Shown here: positions 11,401 to 20,015 of the stretch, piece by piece
Position numbering within the stretch: position 1 is the first letter of the stretch
Layout: the number at the start of each line of letters is the position of its first letter
Source: Nemertoderma westbladi
Lineage: Eukaryota; Animalia; Xenacoelomorpha
Assembly: GCA_032718475.1 (NCBI GenBank)
Contig: JAUCBJ010000434.1
Span: 55,298 to 119,297, forward strand
Reading direction: 5' to 3'
DNA length: 64,000 bases
Notes under the pieces: model-generated
Databases searched by the model: none
What the model was told of the DNA's origin: nothing
What the model saw: only the letters and a program-made list of their open reading frames with translations
Program-made: the position numbers and the translations under genes

Positions 11401-14400
11401 CGAACAGGCGTTGGAAGGGCTTGAGATTATCCCAAAGGCCTGGATGGTCATCCAGTACTCCACCGGTTGCTGGTTGAGATCTCCTTCGGGCCACCATAGA
11501 AATCGTAGGCTATCTCGATCCCTATCCAACACTTTGACTTGCAAGAACATGCCTTCTATATCGGAGGCGAAAGCAATCGAATATTGTCTCAATCTTAAAA
11601 GAATTCCCAACAAAGATTGAAGCAAGTTGGGTCCGGGTAACAATTCAGAGTTAAGGGATTGACCCATGTAAAGAGCGGAGCCATCAAACACTACTCTCAC
11701 TTCATTAGGTTTACCGGGTTTAGGAACGTAATGGTGAGTTAAATAATACGTTCTTTCAGTCACAGGTGTTTCTTCCGGTACTCTCTCCGCATATCCCTTA
11801 TTAATGAATTTTTCCAGCTGTGTTTGATACATTGCTTTAGCTGATGAATTAGCCGTAAGGCGTCGATGGAGTTGCGCGATTCTTTTTTCCGCCAAAGGTC
11901 TGTTATTGATGAACTTCGGTTCTTTCTTGCGGAAAGGTAAACCGACTTCATACCTACCTTGATCTTTGAGGAAACATGTAGTTGTCTCTTGGATCTGCTT
12001 GGCCCTTTCCTCTTCCACCGACAAGGCTTTATCGTAGGAATTGGGCTCTACCGCCTCTTGCGTAAAGAATCGTACAGCATGTTCATCCCGAATCTTGGCA
12101 TTATGACGCTCAATGACGTCATTTAACTCGTCGTTATAAGCTTCTCGTTCAGATGGATAGAGAAGTTGACATAAGTTCACTTGGTTTTGCCAAGCCTCGT
12201 TTTCCTTAAGGAGATCGATGGTATTCTCCTCATCAAAAAGCTGGTGAACGTCGTCGTTATCTGAGGAGTATGGAATTCCCTCAGTTGAATCGTCTCCCTC
12301 ACTAGCATCCTCTTCCCATTCACTCACTTGGCAGACTCTCTCTTGCGGTAGTCTTTCTTTGAGTGTTCTACGGGAAGGGCCAGTAAAATACCATCCTACT
12401 CTAGTTCTTACCGCATAGGTCTGTAGGGGCTGCGGTTGAGCAGGCCGTTTCTCTAATGTCTCCAGCGCCTCATGCGCGTTTTGGCCGATGAGTATTTGCA
12501 CTCCAGGATAATCAGTCTGGAATCGAGGTATGTTAAGATGTTGGATGCTCTCATCCTCGTCCCAATTATAAAGGTCTGCTTGAGTAGTAGCGAAGTTCTT
12601 TATAGCCACCATTTTCACTGACCTTATGCTGTGTTCTCCTAGTTCGTCTTGTGGGGTGGACAACGCGCCTACATAATAATCAGCTGTTATTGTAGATTTC
12701 CAAACTTGCATAATGCCAGACATGTTGAGCTTAGTTTGGAACTTGGGCTGTCCAGCAAATATATCTTCGGCTAGCTCTTTATCGATGAATGTTCCTGTGC
12801 TGCCGGAGTCCAGGAGGGCGTTCACTACATAACTCCGTTTGGGTCCGTGCACCCTTACTTGCACCACAGGAAACTCTCGGATCCCTACATTGGAAGATGG
12901 TGCTTTCCACGATGGTTGTCGCTCAGAAGTAGTTAGAATGAAGTCGCTGTCTGTATCTTTTTCATATGTAAGTGCTCGATACACTGCGGTATTTATCATG
13001 TAACAGGATTCGTTTTCGTCGGAGAACTCATCCGTATAGAATCCTTCCATCTCAGATAGATCAGTGTCGTTCACATCACTGAATTGGACATGTAGTTCGG
13101 AATCACTTACCTGATTAGGACTATTTCGATCGAATTCAGCGTGCAACAAGATATGATGTTTCGCACCACACTTTGCACACCTTATGTCTGAGTAACAGGT
13201 TCGCCGTTGATGTCCTTGTCTGAGGCAGTTATAACACAACCGCTTGTCCCACATGACTTCACGTCTATCCTTTAGTGATTTCCTCAGGAATTTATCACAC
13301 GCATTTAAACGGTGGGGCCCGTCGCACAGCACACATTTGGGCTTGATGTTACTTACTTTAACATGTGCTGTGTGGTGCACACTTGTTCTTTCCTCGGGCT
13401 TTCTCACCTGAATTCTTTTAGGAGACGTAGGAGGGGTTTTTTGTACCGGTTCCCTTCTGTCATTGGGTCGAGACTTGGATTTACTTACCTGATCTTTAGG
13501 CATTTTATTGACATAAGATCTGTCAGTGTCTTTCCCGCTGTCCTCTCCTTGAGAAGTTTGGCTTTCACCGTCGTCGGTATAACATACTGGTATTACCCTT
13601 CTCCTAGAAACGGGTTTCTCACTTACCTTACTTTCCGCTGTCTTCTCTCTGGACTGCTTTATGAGCTGTAATTTCACCTCGCTATCCAGGAATGACATGA
13701 GATCAGCCATGGTAGGGTCTCGTTGTTGTTGTTCCATCATATATAACACCTTCTTGTCCCAGCGTGTACCTACTCCACCCTTGGGCAAAGTAGATGCTAA
13801 GGCTCCTACAACCATAGAATTCTGGTATTCATGAGACTTACCTAACCAATCTAGTTGTCTACAGATCTCCTGAATCTCATCGGAAAACTCTATAATCCCG
13901 CTGCTAAGAAACTTTCGGGGCGCCATTAATTTCGCATATAAATACCTAGCTATGTTAGTCTTATTACCATACCTGATGTTTAGTGTATCCCAAACTTGTC
14001 TTAATCCATCTGGATGTCCAATAAATTTTAACGCCATTGACTTGGGAGGTCCTTCCAAACACTCGATGAGGTATCTAAGTTTTTCTCCATTAGATAGTAC
14101 AGAGTTCTGTATGTTATCTTTGTAATATTCATTAAAAGGTAACCATTTCATCTCATCTCCATTGAACTTGACGATCTCTCCCACCTTTACCGCTTGCCGG
14201 GCTTCGGTTCTAGCCATTTGACGCGTAAAACTTTCTTGGGCCATCGTGTTATTTAATATCGAGTTATCGGTATATAAATTTCTCGGATTATGATCCGGTC
14301 TATAGGGAATATCATTATCAACAGGTCTATAATTACCCTTAATAGGGTTCACTATAGGAGTTTCTACTTCGCTAGCAGTATAGATGCGTGTAGGCTCCAC

Positions 14401-16536
14401 ACCTTGCGCATGCGATACTTCAGACCTAACAGGTTGACACATTGTTACAGAGGGTGGTGGTATACCCTTTTGGGTGTTTACTAATTTATCGCGTTCAAGC
14501 GCGATACTTTGCTGCACTTCTTGCAACTCTAACCTACTTTCCCTTACTGTGCCCTTGAATTGTTGGACAGTCTCCTGCATCTGCCCGAGCAGGAGATCCA
14601 TCCCCCGTCGTCTCTCGTCCACCCATTCGACCGCCGAAGCGGGAGTCGCCAACGTTGTAGCGGGCGGACGAGGGACAACGGGCGACAAATCCGGAATATT
14701 TCGCTCGGGGTCCAGGACCTGAACTGTCGCCTGGGCAGTTCTACTGGGCACAGGTAGCTTAGTGCTATGTAGAGGGAATTTAAAAGTAGCTTCAGGGAGC
14801 ACAGGTGTGTCTATCACCGAAGGGGTGATTTCAAGAACAGGCCTAATTATTTCAGGCTCATCTACTATAGTAGGGAGTCTTTCTATTGTAATTATTTGGT
14901 CTGTGGGCTCTGTACTACCTAAGTTGGTGTTATTTAGTTGCCTTCTAACAGCTGGAGGCAAATCAGGCAATTTCTGACGGTGGAATGTTCTTTTACGTCT
15001 GCTTAGGCGAGGTCGATTTCCTCCGCCTTCAGTGTCGGTGGTATCGCCTTCCTCAGATGATGTATACCCCTGTCTCTTGGGAGTAGATCGACTCATCATC
15101 TGCATATTGCTCGCTGTTAACTGTTTATTGAAGTTGTCTTGCTTCTCTTGAAGAATTTCCAACTCTAGTTGGGTTGCCTCTTCAGATGCCCTCCATTCTG
15201 CTTCTACCACTGCCTCTGCTGTTGCCAGTGCCGCCTTTCTTTCTGCTTCGGCCGCTGCCTTTGCTGCTGCTACTGCCGCTTTTGCCTCTGCCGCTGCCAC
15301 TGCCGCTGCCGCTTTTGTTTCTGCTTCTGCAGCTGCCACTGCTGCTGCTACTGCCGCTGCCTTTCTGTCTTCTATACGTTTTTTCTTTACTTGTTCTTCC
15401 TGGACCTTAACGACGCGGAGTTGTTCATCGAATTTAGCTTGATTAGCCGCTAACCTATCCACGTCGATGGCGTCAAGCACACGCTGTGCTCCTTCACTAT
15501 TAGGGCTAAGTCCCTCTAGTCTTCTCCGCAACTCTTCATCACCTACAAAACGTTGATAGTCTGACAGATAGATGTCAATGGCATCCCTCTTATGCGGTTT
15601 CTCTGCCGTCGCTTCACTTTCCACTTGGGAAAAAGTAGCGTCTGTTGATTCTCCATGGGTTGATCGCTCCTCTAGCTGAGCTTTCCACTGAGCAGTTCCT
15701 TGAACCTGGAGATTCACCCTTTGAAACCAAGTCTTGACGGCGACTTGCAACGACGTGTCTTGTCTTCGTTTAGAAGCCTCCTCAAAGGCCGATAATATTA
15801 GCCTGATTCGTAGAGTTCTTTCTCTAACTTGATAAAGCAGCAATCCCTGCTCTTGAGGTCCTTGCGATTGTTGAAAAAGTTGCTTTTCTACTCGCTCCAT
15901 AGAGCTGAAGAATCCCTGTGCATATCCGGCTGCGGACCTCTTCCACACAGCTGGATCGATGGTTTCCTTGGCTACTCCCATCCGGTGTATGTCTTCCCAG
16001 GCAGCTTCTGATAAATCAAACGGGAGTCCGGGTCCGGGGAAGTTCCATTGCGACTCGACAATAGACTTCAGTTCTTCACTCGTGTATCCCGCGTAACTAT
16101 CTCTAGTTGACCGTTGACTTCTCGCCCAATCGATCTGGTGTTCTTCCACCGCGATCAATAACCCAGCGAGCACGGCTGCAGGAAGGATGAGAAGGGGATC
16201 CGTATAAACCGCATCCGTCATCTCTGCTCCGCGCTCGGGTGTCAGCTCTACAGTATCCTCACTACTGGAGCTGCTGGGCCGCTGAGGAATAAGTTCTTGA
16301 CTAGCGGGTTGTTGTTGTTCCGCTGCTTGTTGGTCCCGCTTGACCTGAGCTCGGGTGCCTATGGTAGACCTACGATGTTGGACTAGCCTAGGTTCTGTTA
16401 TTACTACTGGAGGGATGACCTTCCTCACAGTGGGGGGTGAACTGAACTTACGACCAGACGGTTGTACGTCTCTATCTGAGTCGCAGATAGTTACATCTAA
16501 TAAACTGTCTGACAGGTTCTGCTTAGTATCAGACAT
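8440..16536 (-). CDS. BEL/Pao Gag-Pol polyprotein (2698 aa)
   Basis: Gag DUF1759-like segment (KFNGDEMKW..EKLRYL), three Zn knuckles (CVLCDGPHRLNAC, CYNCLRQGHQRRTC, CAKCGAKHHILLH), protease ALLDSGS, RT YMDD, RNase H HVFGDAS, integrase H..H..CIPC / GVDLFGP / SDKGTNF / GGSWER. Domain order PR-RT-RH-IN. Confidence 0.97.
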   Translation of the reverse strand: MSDTKQNLSDSLLDVTICDSDRDVQPSGRKFSSPPTVRKVIPPVVITEPRLVQHRRSTIGTRAQVKRDQQAAEQQQPASQELIPQRPSSSSSEDTVELTPERGAEMTDAVYTDPLLILPAAVLAGLLIAVEEHQIDWARSQRSTRDSYAGYTSEELKSIVESQWNFPGPGLPFDLSEAAWEDIHRMGVAKETIDPAVWKRSAAGYAQGFFSSMERVEKQLFQQSQGPQEQGLLLYQVRERTLRIRLILSAFEEASKRRQDTSLQVAVKTWFQRVNLQVQGTAQWKAQLEERSTHGESTDATFSQVESEATAEKPHKRDAIDIYLSDYQRFVGDEELRRRLEGLSPNSEGAQRVLDAIDVDRLAANQAKFDEQLRVVKVQEEQVKKKRIEDRKAAAVAAAVAAAEAETKAAAAVAAAEAKAAVAAAKAAAEAERKAALATAEAVVEAEWRASEEATQLELEILQEKQDNFNKQLTASNMQMMSRSTPKRQGYTSSEEGDTTDTEGGGNRPRLSRRKRTFHRQKLPDLPPAVRRQLNNTNLGSTEPTDQIITIERLPTIVDEPEIIRPVLEITPSVIDTPVLPEATFKFPLHSTKLPVPSRTAQATVQVLDPERNIPDLSPVVPRPPATTLATPASAVEWVDERRRGMDLLLGQMQETVQQFKGTVRESRLELQEVQQSIALERDKLVNTQKGIPPPSVTMCQPVRSEVSHAQGVEPTRIYTASEVETPIVNPIKGNYRPVDNDIPYRPDHNPRNLYTDNSILNNTMAQESFTRQMARTEARQAVKVGEIVKFNGDEMKWLPFNEYYKDNIQNSVLSNGEKLRYLIECLEGPPKSMALKFIGHPDGLRQVWDTLNIRYGNKTNIARYLYAKLMAPRKFLSSGIIEFSDEIQEICRQLDWLGKSHEYQNSMVVGALASTLPKGGVGTRWDKKVLYMMEQQQRDPTMADLMSFLDSEVKLQLIKQSREKTAESKVSEKPVSRRRVIPVCYTDDGESQTSQGEDSGKDTDRSYVNKMPKDQVSKSKSRPNDRREPVQKTPPTSPKRIQVRKPEERTSVHHTAHVKVSNIKPKCVLCDGPHRLNACDKFLRKSLKDRREVMWDKRLCYNCLRQGHQRRTCYSDIRCAKCGAKHHILLHAEFDRNSPNQVSDSELHVQFSDVNDTDLSEMEGFYTDEFSDENESCYMINTAVYRALTYEKDTDSDFILTTSERQPSWKAPSSNVGIREFPVVQVRVHGPKRSYVVNALLDSGSTGTFIDKELAEDIFAGQPKFQTKLNMSGIMQVWKSTITADYYVGALSTPQDELGEHSIRSVKMVAIKNFATTQADLYNWDEDESIQHLNIPRFQTDYPGVQILIGQNAHEALETLEKRPAQPQPLQTYAVRTRVGWYFTGPSRRTLKERLPQERVCQVSEWEEDASEGDDSTEGIPYSSDNDDVHQLFDEENTIDLLKENEAWQNQVNLCQLLYPSEREAYNDELNDVIERHNAKIRDEHAVRFFTQEAVEPNSYDKALSVEEERAKQIQETTTCFLKDQGRYEVGLPFRKKEPKFINNRPLAEKRIAQLHRRLTANSSAKAMYQTQLEKFINKGYAERVPEETPVTERTYYLTHHYVPKPGKPNEVRVVFDGSALYMGQSLNSELLPGPNLLQSLLGILLRLRQYSIAFASDIEGMFLQVKVLDRDRDSLRFLWWPEGDLNQQPVEYWMTIQAFGIISSPSNACSVVRTTAEDNREAFSKEVIDNIKRDIYMDDNLKSLPSVEEAIEVAKGTVECLKRGGFRLTKFTSNSREFLESIPAEDRGAKDLDLIKDDLPETKTLGLKWDTERDILFFQLKQRDNPVRTKRICLSILSTYFDPLGFISPVILIARSLVQQMWLENHSWDDPLKGELLKQWMKWEDSLPAIEDFIISRSYFGHVLPTYSYQLHVFGDASDMGIGIVAYLRVETPDGIKVALVTSKALINNKLKVPRAELKAALYATAIGRNVTEQIDYTLEKTVYWTDALLVLEYITNEVCQFSVFVTNRVAIILSRTTMDQWRHCPGMINPADIASRGATPKELVNTPEWLGGPDFLYREEEEWPPHLTTAEIRQAKGAEKVKPKTRASKSKLFKPAVDLSVLFTSGDDALDQKPTATTKEVLEIRDKDWKSGIPDIAQGLSPLLQRAIRHYSSWNRLCKAVTYLKRCFHHRYSGTKTHSDDAPSTSARVHVVKDLPQYKVSNRFLKEKISYQEHDETNKQMLRLLQCYEDSDKYFLLLRNPQMRLRDRFSSTMIDGLIRVGGRLTNAPLSFDTKFPILIRNLDIQIKMIVDVHSKLYHAGRERVLSEIRTRYYFYKPRRALNQVLRNCIPCKKAFSRPLTQREAELPRERVSFYEPPFTNTGVDLFGPIEVYRARTIVKRWCVIFVCMTCRAIHLDMVNDLSTNSFVLSLRRQIARFGTSNTMRSDKGTNFIGANNEIQAYVKDWNKRQVDDQLRITASSWTFNAADAPWWGGSWERLIRSVKTAFHFIVPCRAYLTDELLRTLMEEIAAYLNERPLMPVSSNPDSLEALTPAHFLLKKPVAMLPRSEITDGDEYCRRTWQLMQLLSRRFADHFEKHYLPTLQLRTKWFAQQENVSAGDMVLIVDPDLPRKRWQTGRIIETYISSDGLVRSVELVVMRRNFKKPGIVFETQQLNRPVGRLCLLERDRELSGNYGRQETLPTTTSLIQPTSRDSPT

Positions 16537-17859
16537 GACTATGTATGTACAGTTGAATGCCTACTGCTATATTACAGTCTAAGCAAGTCTAGTAACTCAG
16601 TATTAACTGCTAGCCTAGTAATTAATTACCGGTACTGCTACTCAGTGTAGCGTGATATATAATATATTATAATACCGGTATGCTTATAGTATATATAACT
16701 ATTATTACAGACTAGGTTTATCACCGAATACCGGTATAATTTTAGCACAAATATATATAAATATATAATAGGCCTATCGTAAATACCGGTATACAGCTGA
16801 CAGTTTGTAGTGTATATATAAGTATAGTTATTAACTGAATTAATTACAGAATACCGGTATGCTTTCAGCACAAATATAAATATTATAATAGCCTATCGTA
16901 AATACCGGTATATCAATTATTTTAGAATAATTGAATTTCTGAACTTTTAGGGTTACTTGGTTACTTTAACTTACTTTATTACCGTTATTTAAGCAGTAGT
17001 CTAACTGATATTGAGACCTAATTGTTGGATGGTAGGCCTACTATTTATAAATCGTTGGAGTTGATTTATAATATATATATACCCGTTTTAATGGGTTTTG
17101 TCAATTTTGAAATAAATGTTATTATTTCTGGGGAGTAATCACTACACAAAGCGGTGCGCTTTCAGTGAAGTGTTACTTATAAGACACTAAAACAAATAAT
17201 ACTAATTTACCTAAGTTACTTAATACTACAAATTACTTACAATTCGGGTGAGATTACAATCTCTAAATAAACACAAAAATTTACAAAAACACAAAATACG
17301 AATTTTTAGGGTAATTTTACAAGAAGTCTACAAACCAGCCTAACAAAGGGTTAGATAACCGATTATTACACGGACAGGGTACTACGGTATTTGAAATAAT
17401 AAGTAGTAGTAAATACACTGCGTTGTCTAGATAGGAAAATACCACCGCCTGACGACCTATAGCCGTATCGCTATAGGTTCTACGTTATGTATCACGGAGT
17501 GTTCCTACCTAGAAGTTAATAGAGCTAATCGAATGTGCCTATCAACCACTTTACAACACAGATATAATGTCTACACTAATTACTTCGGAAAGTACTGTAC
17601 ACTAAACCCTAAATTAGGTACGAGTACTTGTATAACATATAATCAGTAGTTAAATATACTTGAACAGCTAAAAGAACCACAGCATCTGCTGGAGTGACCG
17701 ATGCACAAAATCACCAGTCTTTACCTACGCCAAGCAGCCCGTGTAGTACCGGGGTTAATTTAACTATAGCGGTATGTATAACAAACACAATTACTGTAGG
17801 AACAAACTTGGGGAATGAATGTTGCGAATAATCGCATAAACTCTGAATAATAAATATTA

Positions 17860-18430
17860 CGCTACGCGTACAAACTACTCAAACAAAATGCAGACCGAAC
17901 ACTGACAGACTACTATCAAGCCTAAACAAATACGGTATATGCAGACTCCGAAATAATTAGGTAGTATGCGTTCTAACCCAGTAGTACGACTTATTCTTTA
18001 ATTGGGGGTTTACCTTATAGCTTTGGCTGCCCCAACTTCCCAACCGTTCTTTATCGGACAAGGGCTCTACACAGACTGCAATCCGTTCAGACCTAATAAC
18101 AGCCAGACAATTATCCAGCCTACAAATTATCTAAATAATATTATACGCTACCTGTACCGACTACACAAACAAAGTACAGACCAAACGATGGCAGACTACT
18201 CTCAAGCCTAAATAAACTACAGGACATGCAGACTCCGAAATAGTTAGGTAGTATGCGTTCTAAACCCAGTAGTACGACTTATTCTTTAATTGGGGGTTTA
18301 CTTTACAGCAATGGCTACCCCAACTTCCCAACCGTTCTTTATCGGACAGGTGACCTACACACACTGCAATCCGTTCAGACTTAACAGCAATCAGACAACA
18401 GCTCAGCCTACAACTTGTCTGTACAATATG
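17860..18430. repeat. Diverged ~288-bp tandem duplication in the 5' leader of BEL element 1
   Basis: GCAGACTCCGAAATA..GGTAGTATGCGTTC..CAACTTCCCAACCGTTCTTTATCGGACA occurs at ~17941 and ~18228. Confidence 0.85.
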
Positions 18431-18678
18431 ATCAGGCTTACACGCCTTCTGTTCAATACTGGCCTACAAACAAATAAAACTTGACAGAAATAAGTAAAAG
18501 TCTCAATAAAAAACCAGGGCGGGCCCTCCCTGATTAATTATTAAGGCCTACCGGTATATAATTATCAAAATCGAATAATACTGCTGTAGGTACCGGTCCG
18601 GATGATCAGGCAGTCAGGCCTACTGGTTACCGGTCGACCAGTACTTTCGACTTTATTGCTTACTGCAATAAAGAAGCA

Positions 18679-18689
18679 ATATCCGTTAT
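18679..18689 (-). other. Non-tRNA primer-binding site of BEL element 1 (sense ATAACGGATAT)
   Basis: Directly follows the 5' LTR end, has no TGG, and is the exact complement of LTR positions 19445-19455. Confidence 0.75.
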
Positions 18690-19920
18690 TGTTCGCGCTT
18701 TCAGACCTTTGGCAGTTTAACCCGCCAAATTAGGATGTCTGTTAGATAATAAATCACTTTAGCCGATGACAAATATTTGATTCACTACACTAGTCGAAAC
18801 CAATCTGTGCGCGATCATTCACCCGCTGGATAATTCCCGGGAGATTGGGTTCGACGGCTTAATTTTATTGCTATGTAAGCTTAATGTATTATTCGACTGA
18901 CAGTATTATATAATCTCTGACAATATTATTCACCTTCGGGAATATTAACAGTTCCTTTAGGACGTGGCGCTTTATTTATATAAACAGAGTTATGACTTAA
19001 ACTACTCACAACAATATGGCTTAATTATAATTCACATATATGGCGCATTCTTTAGGAAATGCTTCGTTATCAGTATCACTCGCACACAATGCTGCACAAT
19101 ACTGCACACTGATCTGCCGATCTTCACTGATTTTAGTTACATATAAAAGGAACACGGACTGACTCATGTAGGGGCTATCAAATAACATTAGATTCACTTC
19201 AAACCACTTTAACATAAGTCACAATCGTTATGTATAACCTTTCTCTCTTACCTTCAGTATATCAAGAATATTGGGTTTTCGGGGTTATTTATCGTTATTC
19301 CAAATATAATAATTCATCAACCAAATTATGAAGTACAGACAGCAAATAGCAGTATAACAATATAAAGTATGCACAGTGTTACACAGTATGCAGTGTATGC
19401 AGTACTGCAGTATGCATTGATTGCATTGAGTTAGGTTAGTCAAGATAACGGATATATGTCCTTATGATTAAGCCTACTAGTGTACGGCTAAAACAGTAAA
19501 GCACAAAATACTTCCAAGCCGTTCTTTCTTTGGCTCAGGACTGAATGTAAACACTGCACATAAGCATTGCGTCATTTCTCGGAAATTTTCTGTACAAGGA
19601 GCCACAAAAACGCTCTAATTGGCTGACTGAACTGAGAGACGCCGTAGAACAAAGGAAATCAACACGTATGAATGTCAGCTGTTAACCGTAGTCATAGTAA
19701 CTACTGTTCAAGAGTAGCTATCACCCCTTTGCGTCACGAATTGCCATAGAATCATAAAATATGCCTTTCACAGTACACATACGGAGGAAATAGGTCTTAG
19801 ATCCTCTAAAAACACCGATACAGCAATAATACGGTCTCTTACACTTATTAAATCAACTACAGAGTATTTTAATGTAAAAGATAATAAAAATAACGGGGCA
19901 ATTCAGCAAAGGCTTTTACA
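18690..19920 (-). repeat. 5' LTR of BEL element 1
   Basis: Direct repeat of 4246-5476. Sense strand reads TGTAAAAGCC...GCGCGAACA. Confidence 0.97.
19445..19455 (-). other. Candidate self-primer / transcript 5' end of BEL element 1 (sense ATATCCGTTAT; second copy at 5001-5011)
   Basis: Perfect 11-nt complement of the PBS. Pairing stops at both flanking positions. Confidence 0.65.
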
Positions 19921-19925
19921 AATTT

Positions 19926-20015
19926 CGTAATCACCACCGGCGTATCCACACCGAAGCCATCCTTATTAATTTACACCGCCCTCCCCTCAACAAAGTTATT
20001 CCACCATTATACTAA
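19926..20015 (+). mobile_element. Displaced C-terminus of the same Penelope-like GIY-YIG ORF
   Basis: Removing 4246-19925 restores the frame: TCVQQF|RNHHRRIHTEAILINLHRPPLNKVIPPLY*, the typical GIY-YIG E...P.LN ending. Confidence 0.88.

Larger units (their letters stand above)
4246..19920 (-). mobile_element. BEL/Pao LTR retrotransposon 1, full-length and intact
   Basis: 1231-bp LTRs with TG...CA ends, 5-bp TSD AATTT (4241-4245 and 19921-19925), and a single uninterrupted gag-pol ORF. Confidence 0.97.

Noticed and set aside
9221-16582. Many + strand ORFs of 60-200 aa, including Cys-rich and Leu/Pro-rich ones at 15169-15453
   Set aside because: Antisense shadows of the BEL polyprotein and its Ala-rich repeat.
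18625-18640. TGGTCGACCGG on the minus strand as a tRNA PBS for BEL element 1
   Set aside because: It lies ~49 nt from the LTR end. A PBS must abut the LTR, and the abutting 11-mer has a perfect partner in the LTR.
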